Notes: a model not told the origin generated them from the sequence alone. Positions 47,739 to 58,416 are shown, counted from the first letter of the stretch. The stretch: DNA of 64,000 nt from an uncultured Chlamydiales bacterium (GCA_963700985.1 OY969554.1:96001-160000), one strand, 5' to 3'. Numbers and translations are program-made.

Positions 47739-49724
47739 ATGTTTGGAAGATTAACCCTTCAAGCCTTCGAACAAGATTTGATAGAGCATATTGCAGGATT
47801 TTCGATGTTCCTGGCCGCAGCGGTTGTGATCGGTCTTTTATTTTATTTCAAGCGCTGGAAGTGGCTCTGGACAGAATGGCTCACAACCCTGGATCCGAAA
47901 AGAATCGGCACGATGTACATTCTGGTTGTCTTTACCATGCTATTTAAGGGGCTGGTAGATGCGATGTTGATGCGTGGACAGCAGATTGTTTCTGTAGGCG
48001 AGTCATATGGTTATTTATCCTCCTCACATTTTCAACAGATCTTCACGGCTCATGGCACAACCATGATCTTTTTTGTGGGCATGGGGGTGGTGTTTGGCAT
48101 GATGAATTTAATTATACCCTTGCAAATTGGCGCGCGCGACGTAGCTTTTCCTTTTCTAAATTCACTTGGCTTCTGGCTATTTGCTGTCGGATCGGTTCTG
48201 GTAAACTTGTCGCTAGTTATCGGTAAGTTTTCAGGTGCAGGTTGGCTTGCCTATCCACCACTTTCGGGACTGGATTATAATCCTGGAATGGGGATCGATT
48301 ATTGGATATGGACGTTGCAGATTGCTGGAGTGGGGAGCTTAATTTCAGGCGTTAATTTTATCGTCACAATCTTCAAGATGCGCTGTCCCGGCATGACGCT
48401 CATGAGAATGCCTATATTTGTTTGGGCATCTTTAGGCACGCTTGTTCTAATCATTTTTGCCTTTCCAATCTTAACAGCAACGCTCGCCATGCTCTCACTC
48501 GATCGCCTCATGGGCATGCACTTTTTTACTCCAGATTTTGGTGGCAATCCAATGATGTTCATCAACCTCATTTGGGCATGGGGGCATCCCGAAGTATACA
48601 TTCTCGTTCTGCCTGCATTTGGAATTTTTTCTGAAGTGGTCTCAACGTTCTCTCAAAAGCGCTTGTTTGGTTATGTCTCAATGGTATGGGCACTTGGCGG
48701 GATAACAGTTCTCTCGTTTATCGTATGGCTGCACCATTTCTTTACCATGGGAGCCGGTGCTAACGTAAATGCATTTTTCGGCATCATGACTATGTTCATT
48801 GCCATTCCCACAGGTGTGAAAGTTTTTAACTGGTTATTTACCATGTATCGAGGCCGAGTTCACTTTACTACGCCCATGCTCTGGTTTTTAGGCTTTATCA
48901 TTACCTTTACGGTTGGGGGCATGGCGGGTGTTTTAATGTCAGTGCCTGCTGCAGACTTTCAAGTGCACAATAGTCTGTTTCTAATCGCACACTTCCATTC
49001 TGTGATCCTAACAGGAGTGATGTTTGGTTTCTTTGCGGGTTTCACGTACTGGTTCCCAAAGATCGTTGGTTTTAAATTGAATGAGAAATTGGGCGTGTAT
49101 GCCTGGTGGTGTTGGGTTGTTGGATTTTTATTAGCCTTTATGCCGCTTTATATACTTGGTTTAATGGGTGCCACCAGACGACTTGATCACTATGAAGCAG
49201 AGACAGGCTGGCAGCCCTTATTTATCGTGGCTGGTGTGGGTGTTTTGCTTATCACTCTAGGCGTAGTTTTTCAGGTTTTACAAATCATTGTCAGCATTAA
49301 AGAACGCAAAGCGAACAAAGATGTCTCTGGAGATCCCTGGAATGGCAGAACATTGGAATGGTCTACGGCATCACCTCCTCCTATTTATAATTTTGCAGTA
49401 ACTCCCGAGGTGCATTCACGCGATTCTTTTTGGGTAGCAAAGCAAGAGGGAAAAGAGCGGTCGAGAAGTTTTAAATATGAAGCGATTCATATGCCTAAGA
49501 ACAGCCCAATGGGGATGATTGTCGCAGGCTTTTCTTTCCTGCTTGGTTTTGGAATCATCTGGCTGATCTGGTGGCTTGTCATCGCCAGTTTTGCAAGCAT
49601 AATCGTTTGTCTGATCATCCGTTTATCGAGCGATGATACCGATTATTACATTACAGCTGAAGAAGTGGCAAAAACAGAAGCAGAAACTTCAAATAGAGGA
49701 CCAAGTCCATGGCCGAATCAATAA
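47739..49724 (+). CDS. cyoB: Cytochrome bo3 ubiquinol oxidase subunit I
   Basis: FTAHG, WGHPEVY, VWLHHFF and AHFH heme-copper ligands. Confidence 0.98.
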   Translation: MFGRLTLQAFEQDLIEHIAGFSMFLAAAVVIGLLFYFKRWKWLWTEWLTTLDPKRIGTMYILVVFTMLFKGLVDAMLMRGQQIVSVGESYGYLSSSHFQQIFTAHGTTMIFFVGMGVVFGMMNLIIPLQIGARDVAFPFLNSLGFWLFAVGSVLVNLSLVIGKFSGAGWLAYPPLSGLDYNPGMGIDYWIWTLQIAGVGSLISGVNFIVTIFKMRCPGMTLMRMPIFVWASLGTLVLIIFAFPILTATLAMLSLDRLMGMHFFTPDFGGNPMMFINLIWAWGHPEVYILVLPAFGIFSEVVSTFSQKRLFGYVSMVWALGGITVLSFIVWLHHFFTMGAGANVNAFFGIMTMFIAIPTGVKVFNWLFTMYRGRVHFTTPMLWFLGFIITFTVGGMAGVLMSVPAADFQVHNSLFLIAHFHSVILTGVMFGFFAGFTYWFPKIVGFKLNEKLGVYAWWCWVVGFLLAFMPLYILGLMGATRRLDHYEAETGWQPLFIVAGVGVLLITLGVVFQVLQIIVSIKERKANKDVSGDPWNGRTLEWSTASPPPIYNFAVTPEVHSRDSFWVAKQEGKERSRSFKYEAIHMPKNSPMGMIVAGFSFLLGFGIIWLIWWLVIASFASIIVCLIIRLSSDDTDYYITAEEVAKTEAETSNRGPSPWPNQ

Positions 49725-50323
49725 TGCAGAGCCAAGGCGATACCGCTCACCACGACGTGCATCAAGAAGTTTACTCCAGAACTATTTTTGGGTTTTGGGT
49801 CTATCTGATGACCGACTGTGTTCTGTTTGCAACGCTTTTTGCGACCTATGCAGTGCTGCATAATGGCACGTTTGGGGGGCCAACCTCTCAAGATCTATTT
49901 GAGTTGCCTTTTGCGTTGCAAGAGACGCTTGTGCTTCTCGTCAGTAGCTTCACCTCAGGCCTCGTTGGTCTTGCGGCACAACGCAATGACACTAAAAAAG
50001 TTCTTCTATGGATGGGTGTTACATTTCTGCTAGGCGCGACCTTTGTGGGCATGGAACTCAATGAATTCCATAAATTCGTCGTCGAAGGTAATAGTTGGCA
50101 GCGAAGTGCCTTTTTATCCGCATTTTTCACGCTGGTTGGAACGCACGGAGCGCACATCAGTGCCGGGTTGATCTGGATGATAGTGCTATCTGGGCAGATT
50201 CTATATCGGGGTATGACATTGTCTACACATAGAAGACTCGAGTGCTTTCGCATGTTCTGGCACTTCTTAGATGTGGTTTGGATTTTTATTTTCACAGTCG
50301 TCTATCTCATGGGAGCTAAATAG
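49709..50323 (+). CDS. cyoC: Cytochrome bo3 subunit III
   Basis: [19 protein letters not shown] and FWHFLDVVW. Confidence 0.96.
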   Translation: MAESIMQSQGDTAHHDVHQEVYSRTIFGFWVYLMTDCVLFATLFATYAVLHNGTFGGPTSQDLFELPFALQETLVLLVSSFTSGLVGLAAQRNDTKKVLLWMGVTFLLGATFVGMELNEFHKFVVEGNSWQRSAFLSAFFTLVGTHGAHISAGLIWMIVLSGQILYRGMTLSTHRRLECFRMFWHFLDVVWIFIFTVVYLMGAK

Positions 50324-50324
50324 C

Positions 50325-50699
50325 ATGGAAAATCACTCATCTATGCCCGTTTTGCCGGAAGGAGCCCAACACTCCACGCTTAAGTCTTATCTCATCGGTT
50401 TTGGGCTTTCGCTGATTTTCACACTTGCCGCTTATTTTCTAGTTGCGGATCACCTGCTTACAGGTTGGGCGCTCGGTGCTAGCATCGGCGTGCTTGCCCT
50501 ACTTCAGGCAGCAGTTCAGCTGCTCTATTTTCTCCACTTAGGTAAAGAAGGAAAACCGCATTGGAACACGCTGATTTTTGTTTTTATGTTCATGGTGCTC
50601 TTGATCATTATATTGGGTTCTCTCTGGATCATGCACAACTTAGATTATCGCGTAATGGATACGATGGATATGGACGCATTAATGAAGCGTAATTTGTAG
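50325..50699 (+). CDS. cyoD: Cytochrome bo3 subunit IV
   Basis: SYLIGFGLS, QLLYFLHL and GSLWIM.NL; ATG 1 nt after the cyoC stop. Confidence 0.93.
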   Translation: MENHSSMPVLPEGAQHSTLKSYLIGFGLSLIFTLAAYFLVADHLLTGWALGASIGVLALLQAAVQLLYFLHLGKEGKPHWNTLIFVFMFMVLLIIILGSLWIMHNLDYRVMDTMDMDALMKRNL

Positions 50700-50713
50700 G
50701 GGAATGTATTAGT

Positions 50714-51562
50714 ACGATCAAAAACTATTATAAGTTGACCAAGCCAGGAATCATCTACGGCAATGCCATCACCGCAGCCGGTGGATTCGCGCTCGCTTCC
50801 AAAGGGCATTTCGATTGGAAGCTCTTTCTTGCCACACTTTTAGGTTTATCGTTCATCATCGCATCAGCATGCGTCTTTAATAATTATCTCGATCGATATG
50901 CTGATAAAAAGATGACAAGAACGCAAAGCCGCGCGCTTGTGAAAGGCTTGATCTCAGTTCGAAATGCGCTTATTTTTGCCGTAGTGCTTGGCTTGCTCGG
51001 CACATTCATTTTGGCCCTATTTACAAACCTGCTAACCACATTCATCGCACTCGCAGGCTTCGTAGTTTACGTTTTCTGGTATAGCATCTGGAAATACCGC
51101 ACGCGTCATGGAACCTTGATTGGCAGCATTGCCGGCGCCGTGCCCCCTGTTGTTGGGTATTGCGCTGTGAGCGGCCGCGTGGATGCCTGCGCGCTTATCA
51201 TCTTTGCGATTATCGTCCTGTGGCAAATGCCGCACTTTTATGCGATTGCCATATACCGGATGGGAGACTATGCCGCAGCCTCCATTCCTGTTCTTCCCAT
51301 CGTCAAGGGCATGCATAACACTAAGGTTCACATGCTGCTCTATGTCATTGCCTTTACTCTTGCCGCCCTTATGCTCTTTGTGTTTGGCTACACCGGATAC
51401 GCCTACCTCGCCGTGGCAGCTCTCCTTGGCATCGCCTGGCTCTGGCTCTCCATCAAAGGCTTCAAATGCGCCAATGATAAGATCTGGGCGCGCAAGATGT
51501 TCCGCTTCTCTCTCGTCACCGTCACCCTCCTCTGCGCCATGATCTCCATCGATCTAGCCTGA
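50714..51562 (+). CDS. cyoE: Protoheme IX farnesyltransferase (start uncertain)
   Basis: LTKPGII, NNYLDRYAD..M.RT..R and WQMPHFYAI. Homology extends upstream of TTG 50735 to ACG-ATC-AAA at 50714. Confidence 0.92.
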   Translation, partial: TIKNYYKLTKPGIIYGNAITAAGGFALASKGHFDWKLFLATLLGLSFIIASACVFNNYLDRYADKKMTRTQSRALVKGLISVRNALIFAVVLGLLGTFILALFTNLLTTFIALAGFVVYVFWYSIWKYRTRHGTLIGSIAGAVPPVVGYCAVSGRVDACALIIFAIIVLWQMPHFYAIAIYRMGDYAAASIPVLPIVKGMHNTKVHMLLYVIAFTLAALMLFVFGYTGYAYLAVAALLGIAWLWLSIKGFKCANDKIWARKMFRFSLVTVTLLCAMISIDLA

Positions 51563-51708
51563 TAAAAATATAATTTACAGAAACTCCCAGATGAACTTGA
51601 TGGGTGTATTTATTAAAATTTTGCAGAATGATCTCACGTTATCGCGACAAAAATGACATTCGTGGCTATTTGACATATTTTTAAATGATTGATTATTAGA
51701 TGTTTAAA

Positions 51709-51777
51709 AAATCATCCTGCTCAAAACTAACAAATGTCGATTTTGAGCAGGATGATTTGACGTAAACATCCTGCTCA
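51709..51777. repeat. 18-bp perfect inverted repeat plus a third direct copy upstream of the ATPase pseudogene
   Basis: AAATCATCCTGCTCAAAA-N14-TTTTGAGCAGGATGATTT, then CATCCTGCTCA at 51767-51777. Confidence 0.8.
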
Positions 51778-51793
51778 TTTAAGATAGGCAAAT

Positions 51794-53230
51794 ATGAAAC
51801 CATTTGTCGGAAGAGATAACGAGCTAAAAAGACTGGAAGACCTATCTAAATTAGATCGGGCCTGCTTGCTGTCCTTAAGGGGCGACGTCGGATAGGAAAA
51901 AGTCGCCTTGCTGAAGAGTTCGGAAAGGGTAAAGTGTTCTTGTCTTTTAGTGGGCTGGCCCCAGTTAAAGGGGTAACGGCTCAAGATCAGCGTGATGCAT
52001 TTGCACACCAATTGACGACTTTGTTTCATCTTCCTCCTTTTAGCTTTCTCGGATTGGAGCGATGCTTTTGCGCATCTTTCAAGACATCTTACCGAGAAAC
52101 CCACTGTCATTCTTTTTGATGAAATTTCATGGATGGGTTCGAAAGATCCAACTTTTATCTCCAAATTGAAAGTTTGGTGGGACCTTGTCTTGCAAAATCA
52201 TCCATCTGTTATGCTTATTTTATGTGGCTCTATTTCAACTTGGATCGATAAAAACATTATCAATAGCACAGCATTTTTTGGACGGGTCTCTCTTTATCTA
52301 GAGCTTACAGAATTGTCCATTCCACAATGCAGAGAACTACTGAATCTCCAGGGCTTCAAAGGATCAGATCTCGATTTTTTTAAGATTCTTAGTGTGACTG
52401 GTGGAGTGCCTTGGTATCTAGAGCAGATTCAGACGCATCAAAGTGCTGATGAGAATATTAAACGCCTTTGTTTTGAGAAAAATGGTCTTTTAGTCAATGA
52501 ATTTGATCGGATTTTCAATGATCTTTTCAGCTCAAGAGGAGAGATCTATAAGAAAATTATTACAAGTATTAAGTCAAGGCATGAAGGATCGAGCTAGCTC
52601 TGCAAAAAGCGATGGCTTATTCTCCGAGCGGCACATTCAGTCAGTCATCTTAAGGCTCTTGAAATTTGCGGGTTTATTAGCAAACACCCAGATTGGTCTT
52701 TAAAAACAGGCAAGCCAGGAAAATCGACTTTGTATCGCCTTTCTGATAATTATCTTCGCTTTTACATCCATTATATCGAACCCAACCTGTACAAAAATTG
52801 AACAAGGATCGTTTTTAGAAGTCCCGCTTTCAAGTTTACCTGGATGGGAGCCGATGCTTGGCTTCCAACTCGAAAATCTTCTGCTGAAAAATAGATCGCT
52901 TCTTTATCAGAGCACTTGGAATTCATGCTCAGGATATCGTCATCGATAATCCCTATTTTCAAAAAGCCAGTGGCCGAAAAAAGGGATGTCAAATTGATTA
53001 TCTGATTCAAACACATTCCAATACTCTTTTTGTCTGTGAAGTTAAAATGCGCCGTCGTGAGTTAGGCCTTGAAGTGATCGAAGCGATGAAAACTAAAATC
53101 GCCTCTCTTTCTGTTCCAAAGGGCTATGGGATCTCACCTATTCTATTTCATCTGGGTCCAGTCTCCGATGCTCTATCTAAGCAGTCGTTATTTTTACCGT
53201 ATTGTCGATATCGCAGACCTCTGTGAAGAG
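51794..53230 (+). pseudogene. Frameshifted P-loop ATPase of the archaeal-ATPase/AAA type, with possible C-terminal PD-(D/E)xK-like domain
   Basis: MKPFVGRDNEL, GRRRIGKS (Walker A), ILFDEISW (Walker B), LILCGS, TGGVPWYL, YRLSDNYLRFY and QIDYL...CEVK, spread over several frames. Confidence 0.85.
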
Positions 53231-53241
53231 TGCGTTTTACT

Positions 53242-53622
53242 CTAATTGCTGGAGTAGGCGATGGTGGTCATGAGCGCGTTTTCAGCTTGGCGCGAGTCTA
53301 GCCGCGTGTGTTGAACGACTATGTCGACATCCGATTCGATTAGACTGGCGAAATCGGTGCTTTTAGGAATGGGCTGAGGGTCTTTCAGGTCATTAAATTT
53401 AATGTGCTTGGTTCTTAGTCCTTGAACAACAATTTTATAAGGTCCAACCGGATCTTTGTCTGCGAAGAAGATTGTGATTTGAACATGTGCATCTTGATGG
53501 GATGTATTCAAAATACACACAGTCTCATGGCTTTCGAGTTCTTTGGTTGTGGCATGACCAGAGGGAGGGATATATCCTTCAGCAATTGCCCATCTTTTAC
53601 GGCCGATTGGTTGAATCATCAT
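53242..53622 (-). CDS. Anabaena sensory rhodopsin transducer (ASRT) family protein
   Basis: GRKRWAIAEGYIP, SHETVCILN and VVQHTRLDSRQAENAL. Confidence 0.85.
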   Translation of the reverse strand: MMIQPIGRKRWAIAEGYIPPSGHATTKELESHETVCILNTSHQDAHVQITIFFADKDPVGPYKIVVQGLRTKHIKFNDLKDPQPIPKSTDFASLIESDVDIVVQHTRLDSRQAENALMTTIAYSSN

Positions 53623-54482
53623 TAGCTAGCCTTACGATGTTTTACAGCTGAAGCTTGGATGAAATCGAGCAGCTCTTCGTTGATCTGATCTTTGAGGGTT
53701 GAGCACATGCCATGCGGTGCGCCTTTGATGATTTTTAATTCTGCGCCCTTGATCAATTTTGAAGAGAGCATGGCGGATGCTCGAATTGGCACAATCTGAT
53801 CATCATCACCATGCAAAATTAACGTTGGTATATCGAATTTTTTAAGATCTTTAGTGTGATCTGTTTCAGAGAAAACCTTAATGCAATCATAGGCTCCTTT
53901 GAAATCACACAGCATTCCTTGCATCCAAAATGAATCGCGCAAGCCTTGTGAAACCTTAGATCCTGGTCTATTGGCGCCATAAAATGGGGCGCTGAGATCT
54001 TTGAAGAATTGCGAGCGATCTTTTTGCATGCCAGCACGAATGTCATCAAATGCTTTCATGGGTGTTCCATTTGGATTGGCAGCTGTCTTCAGCATGAGTG
54101 GTGGTATGGCGCTGATTAAAACAGCCTTAGCCACGTTTTTTGTGCCGTGACGGCCGATATAGCGCGCAACTTCTCCACCGCCAGTGGAATGGCCGATGTG
54201 GATGGCGTCCTTCAATTTCAGAGCTTTAACTAGCTTTGCGAGATCATCCGCATAGGTATCCATGTCGTTTCCTTTCCATGTCGAGCTAGAGCGTCCATGT
54301 CCTCTACGATCATGGGCAATGCAGCGGTATCCCTTGTTAGCTAAGAAAAACATTTGATCTTCAAAAGCATCGGCGCTAAGGGGCCATCCATGACTGAAAA
54401 CGATGGGTTGACCTTTGCCCCAATCTTTGTAAAAAAGCTTGATGTCTTGGTTGTTTTCTTTTCCGACAGTGATGTAACCCAT
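53622..54482 (-). CDS. cpo: Non-heme chloroperoxidase / perhydrolase (alpha/beta hydrolase)
   Basis: [44 protein letters not shown] and PHG. Confidence 0.92.
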   Translation of the reverse strand: MGYITVGKENNQDIKLFYKDWGKGQPIVFSHGWPLSADAFEDQMFFLANKGYRCIAHDRRGHGRSSSTWKGNDMDTYADDLAKLVKALKLKDAIHIGHSTGGGEVARYIGRHGTKNVAKAVLISAIPPLMLKTAANPNGTPMKAFDDIRAGMQKDRSQFFKDLSAPFYGANRPGSKVSQGLRDSFWMQGMLCDFKGAYDCIKVFSETDHTKDLKKFDIPTLILHGDDDQIVPIRASAMLSSKLIKGAELKIIKGAPHGMCSTLKDQINEELLDFIQASAVKHRKAS

Positions 54483-54538
54483 AATGCCTCCTATTCTTTC
54501 TTCAACGAAATAGCAAGAGGAGTCTAAGCTGTCAAGAT

Positions 54539-55252
54539 CTAGTTTGCGGTGAAAACTTCATCTAAGAAGTTATGGATGGCAAGCTGCGCGCGCTTGGCTG
54601 CAACGGGATGGTAAAGGATGCCTGCGGCAGGTTCGTTGGAACCTGGCGTGGCAAAAGCGTGCATCGCTCCGCCAAAAACGTGGGTCTGCCAGTCTACTTT
54701 AGCGCGGTTTAAAGTCTCTTCAAAAGCAAGCAGGTCACTTAGTGGGGTGATAGGGTCGTTATATCCATGCAGAATGAGAATTTTGGCTTTAATAGGTTGG
54801 ACAAGTGAAGGGTGTGGAGGCTCAAAGTGTCCATACACACTAATAGCACCTAATAAATCTACCCCGCTACGGGCAAGGTCAAGTGCGCATATGCTGCCAA
54901 ATCCATAACCTAGCACAGCAATTCGATCTGCATCGACATAGGGGAGTTGGCGTGCTACCTCGAAGGCTTTTAAAACGCGTCTTTGCAGGAGTTTTCGATC
55001 CTCAACGAATGGTTTCTTCAAGGCTGCATTTTCTTCTGCGGATTTTCCTAAAACACCTTTGCCATACATGTCTAGGGCAAATCCGACATATCCCCAATTG
55101 GCAATCTGCCTTGCTTGCTGACAGATGAAATCATCGCGGCCCTTCCAAGCATGACAGAGAATTACGGCCGGCTTTTTTTCGCGAGAGGGATATGCAGCAA
55201 AGGCCTCCAGCTCGGTCTCAAGGTCGCGGTAAGGGACAAAAGCGTTAAACAT
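54539..55252 (-). CDS. Dienelactone hydrolase family protein (nucleophile position is Gly)
   Basis: [23 protein letters not shown] (normally GxCFG), HGYND and HAF. Confidence 0.85.
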   Translation of the reverse strand: MFNAFVPYRDLETELEAFAAYPSREKKPAVILCHAWKGRDDFICQQARQIANWGYVGFALDMYGKGVLGKSAEENAALKKPFVEDRKLLQRRVLKAFEVARQLPYVDADRIAVLGYGFGSICALDLARSGVDLLGAISVYGHFEPPHPSLVQPIKAKILILHGYNDPITPLSDLLAFEETLNRAKVDWQTHVFGGAMHAFATPGSNEPAAGILYHPVAAKRAQLAIHNFLDEVFTAN

Positions 55253-55258
55253 ACAGCC

Positions 55259-55801
55259 TCAAGAGAGTTTTCGAGCGATCCATTTGCCTGTTTCTTCAAA
55301 CGAAAAATGCACAGGCACACAATTGTCGATCGCCCACGCATGTTCTTCGATGCCCATTAAACAGCAAATTGCCCAGTGCACTCCACCGTGCGCTACAACT
55401 AGCGTTGGGCCCGGCAGTGAAAGAGCATGGTTAAGGCCATTTCGGACTCGATCCATAAATTGACGTGCGGCGCCTTCTTTCGGCAGGGAAGTATACATAC
55501 CCAGATGAGACATCTCATTCCAGATTTGCATAGAGCACTCACCGAGATCATGGATTTCATGATGATCAACGATTAACTTTGAGCTAATAATCTCTTTGGT
55601 CTCTTGCGCACGCTTGAGTGGGCTCGAACAGATCGTTTGAATTGGCAATAAAGAGATCGTAGGCTCGATCAATTTTGCCTGCTTCCTTCCCGTTTCATTC
55701 AAGGGAGTTTCCGAAGGGTGATCTTCCTTGGGATCTTTTAGAGAAATATTGTGATCTGTTTGCCCATGCCGAATGAAGTAAAATTCTTTCTGTAAAATCA
55801 T
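55259..55801 (-). CDS. Histidine phosphatase family protein
   Basis: FIRHGQT, LNETGRKQA, SSPLKRAQET and VAHGG. Confidence 0.92.
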   Translation of the reverse strand: MILQKEFYFIRHGQTDHNISLKDPKEDHPSETPLNETGRKQAKLIEPTISLLPIQTICSSPLKRAQETKEIISSKLIVDHHEIHDLGECSMQIWNEMSHLGMYTSLPKEGAARQFMDRVRNGLNHALSLPGPTLVVAHGGVHWAICCLMGIEEHAWAIDNCVPVHFSFEETGKWIARKLS

Positions 55802-56070
55802 GAGTCCTAACCTGCCTGCTCTAAAGAAGTTCTCAGTTTTCGAGTGCTTCGAGACAGGATAAACAAATCCATCTTTTTTTGAAGAATAAGTTCTCGCCTC
55901 CGAGTCAAATCTGGACAATTATAGACTTCTTTTGCCGTAAGAGTGTTTTATATCTAAATTTATTTTCTTTTATGAAATTAATAACAATTATTAACAGTTT
56001 TGTATTTACAAATTAATTATTAGTTTTCATAATCAAAAATAGAGTGGTGTTTAAAGGAGAGGGTTGAAAA

Positions 56071-56433
56071 ATGATTATGGAAATCATCGTGGGAGCAATA
56101 GCTCTTGCGTTTGTCGTCCTGGTAGTTTTTCTGATCCTAACACTTCAAGATACACGTAAAACGCTGAAGAAGACCGATCGCATCCTTACAGATATTCACA
56201 AGACTTTGGAAGGAATTGCTGAGCCAAGTGCACATTTAATTCATAGCGTTGACAAACTCACTCTAGATATTAAAAAGAAGGCGGAAGGGCTCGATGTTCT
56301 TTTCCATCCACTCTATGCGATGAAGGAAGGAAGCGGACACAAGAAGGGGAGTGACAAACTCTCTGAAATTGTCGAATGTGTTGCAGATGGAATCCGACTG
56401 TTTCAAAAAGTAAAAAAAGAGATAACCAGATAG
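56071..56433 (+). CDS. DUF948/YtxG-like membrane-anchored coiled-coil protein
   Basis: IALAFVVLVVFLI..L....KTL N-terminus; AAGGAG SD. Confidence 0.75.
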   Translation: MIMEIIVGAIALAFVVLVVFLILTLQDTRKTLKKTDRILTDIHKTLEGIAEPSAHLIHSVDKLTLDIKKKAEGLDVLFHPLYAMKEGSGHKKGSDKLSEIVECVADGIRLFQKVKKEITR

Positions 56434-56438
56434 GCCAT

Positions 56439-56729
56439 ATGTCAAATCAAGATAAAGATTCGAAGCTATTTACAGGGCTATTGATTGGCGGAGCGGTAGG
56501 ACTTGGCGCTCTGGTTTTCTTCTTGGCCACCCGAAAAGAGAAAGCGCCGATGAATGCGATTGGAGAAGCGATCCTTCGCGTAGGTGAGATATTAGAGGAT
56601 CATAACATCGACGAACCTGAGACTGTCAGGCGCTTTGAGAAAAAAGTCCATAGCCATGAAAATACCATTGGTGACGTGGTAAATTGGGTTGCAACAGGGA
56701 TTCAACTTTGGAAAAAATTTAAACACTGA
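56439..56729 (+). CDS. Small membrane protein (YtxH-like N-terminal helix)
   Basis: GLLIGGAVGLGAL glycine-zipper helix; co-oriented within the cluster. Confidence 0.65.
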   Translation: MSNQDKDSKLFTGLLIGGAVGLGALVFFLATRKEKAPMNAIGEAILRVGEILEDHNIDEPETVRRFEKKVHSHENTIGDVVNWVATGIQLWKKFKH

Positions 56730-56737
56730 GAGTCAAT

Positions 56738-57151
56738 ATGTTCAAATCTAAACACTCATACGTCGACTTTCTAGAAGGGATATTGATCGGTGGATCTTTA
56801 GGAGCGGCTGCCACATTCATATTCGGCACAGAAAAGGGCAAGAAACTGCAAAAAGAAGTGAGCCAGAAATATAAGAAACTTGAACGCAAAGCAGGCCACT
56901 ATCGCCACAACGTCGAAAAAGCCTTCAAAAGTCCTGCGGCTAAAAAATTACAAAAAGAGATACGTCAGACATACAAGACGCTTAGCCATAAAGCGGATGA
57001 TTACCGCAAAGGCATTGAAAAAGCTCTTAAGAGTCCTGCAGCTAAAAAAGCCAAACGCATCGCTAAGAAAACTGCGCGAAGCCGTGTCGCACGAAAAATT
57101 GTCAGAAAAGTTAAAAGCAAAATCGTGCGTCGAAGAAAAGCTCTCCGATAA
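56738..57151 (+). CDS. YtxH-domain protein with Lys/Arg-rich repeated tail
   Basis: FLEGILIGGSLGAAATFIF...GKKLQ, 34-aa tandem repeat and highly basic C-terminus. Confidence 0.75.
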   Translation: MFKSKHSYVDFLEGILIGGSLGAAATFIFGTEKGKKLQKEVSQKYKKLERKAGHYRHNVEKAFKSPAAKKLQKEIRQTYKTLSHKADDYRKGIEKALKSPAAKKAKRIAKKTARSRVARKIVRKVKSKIVRRRKALR

Positions 57152-57161
57152 AAAAATAGAC

Positions 57162-57629
57162 TTAAGAAGAAGCGCTTTGGGCGAGTATTTGCAGCGCTTT
57201 AAGAATTTTCGATTCTTTTAGATTGACTGTGCCAAAAAACGTTGCGTCTGCACGTTCAACTGCGGGTAAAGCCTTAGCTAAGCTCTTAGTTCCAGCTGCG
57301 GTAAGGATGGGGTGTTTACTTCGTTCATTAGCCATATGCGGCCGTTCGATTAATCCTTTGGATTGTAGGCTGCGCAATACTTGTGAGGTGGTATTGGGGT
57401 CGAGCGCCGCTTGCCTTCCAATCTCCACCTGACTTGCTCTCTTGCCCTCTCTTGTCAGCCAACCGGTGCTGGCCAGCACCACAAACTGCGGATGCGTGAG
57501 GCCCAACGGTTTTAAAACTTCTTCGATGGCTCTACGCCATAAGGTGCTAGCACGCCAGAGCAGAAACCCCGGGCTCTCTTCAGCTGAAGGGTGAACACTG
57601 ATCTCTTTGAAATTAACAGTTCGGCTCAT
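57162..57629 (-). CDS. MarR family transcriptional regulator
   Basis: ESPGFLLWR, LGLTHPQFVVL and TTSQVLRSL..KGLIER. Confidence 0.93.
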   Translation of the reverse strand: MSRTVNFKEISVHPSAEESPGFLLWRASTLWRRAIEEVLKPLGLTHPQFVVLASTGWLTREGKRASQVEIGRQAALDPNTTSQVLRSLQSKGLIERPHMANERSKHPILTAAGTKSLAKALPAVERADATFFGTVNLKESKILKALQILAQSASS

Positions 57630-58045
57630 GGAATAAGAATCTCCATGCTGGATGCTATCAAACGAAAATCGCTTAAAGAGATGGAAAAATGGCCGCGCCG
57701 AAAGGGAAAGCCCCAGCGCTGTTTATTTTGGATGAAGGTAAGCTGATCAATCAAAGGCTCTATGGGAGCTTCCTGAGAGCTCAAAAATGCGATATCGCGG
57801 CGCCAAGGAATAAAGTCTGGGCTCATGATGTGCTGATAAGGTTCTCGGGGCTTTACGCGCCCAATGGCGGTAAACTTGCGGCAAGGCATCTTTTCTCCAA
57901 ACTGCTCAGTAGGGGAGTAATAAACAAGCCAGTCATCCGGCTTCATCAATTTTAATGGCCCAGGCTTTCCATGACAGACTTGGGCAATCCCTTCAGCTAC
58001 GCCTCGTTTAACATGTTCTCGGCTTGCCACTGCTACCCAATACAT
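57626..58045 (-). CDS. EVE domain protein (PUA-like)
   Basis: YWVAVASREHV..GV..G.AQVCHGK, YYSP, FTAIG and PWRR. Confidence 0.9.
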   Translation of the reverse strand: MYWVAVASREHVKRGVAEGIAQVCHGKPGPLKLMKPDDWLVYYSPTEQFGEKMPCRKFTAIGRVKPREPYQHIMSPDFIPWRRDIAFLSSQEAPIEPLIDQLTFIQNKQRWGFPFRRGHFSISLSDFRLIASSMEILIP

Positions 58046-58416
58046 TAATGCTCCTCCTTCAATCGATAGACTCTAATTCGATGTCCGTCGGGATCAAGTG
58101 CTACAAACGTACGGCCAAAATCCATATCGGTTGGTTCTTGCGCCATGGGAATGCCGAGATCTGTCCACTTTTTATACACTAGGTCTACATTTTCATCGCC
58201 AAAGGCAATTTCCGATCCGCCTCCAGTAGCAATTACTGTCGGTTCTGCGGTTTTTCGTGACCAGAGACCAAGCATGACCCCATTCTCAAGTGCGAACATC
58301 ACAAAGGTAGGTGCTTCTTCTAACGGCTTTCGGTTCAAAATCTGGCTATAAAAAGCCCCGCTTTGTAGGGGATCCTCAACGAACAAAAGTACAAAACCTA
58401 AATTTGGCTTGAACAT
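58045..58416 (-). CDS. VOC/glyoxalase family protein
   Basis: LFVED...S..FY, LGLW and PTDMDFGRTFVALDPDGHRIRV. Confidence 0.9.
   Translation of the reverse strand: MFKPNLGFVLLFVEDPLQSGAFYSQILNRKPLEEAPTFVMFALENGVMLGLWSRKTAEPTVIATGGGSEIAFGDENVDLVYKKWTDLGIPMAQEPTDMDFGRTFVALDPDGHRIRVYRLKEEH

Noticed and set aside
46844-51562. cyoABCDE, and likewise flotillin/NfeD and SDR-azoR-adh, as novel systems
   Set aside because: Well-known operon types with ordinary organisation, apart from the cyoE start noted in findings.
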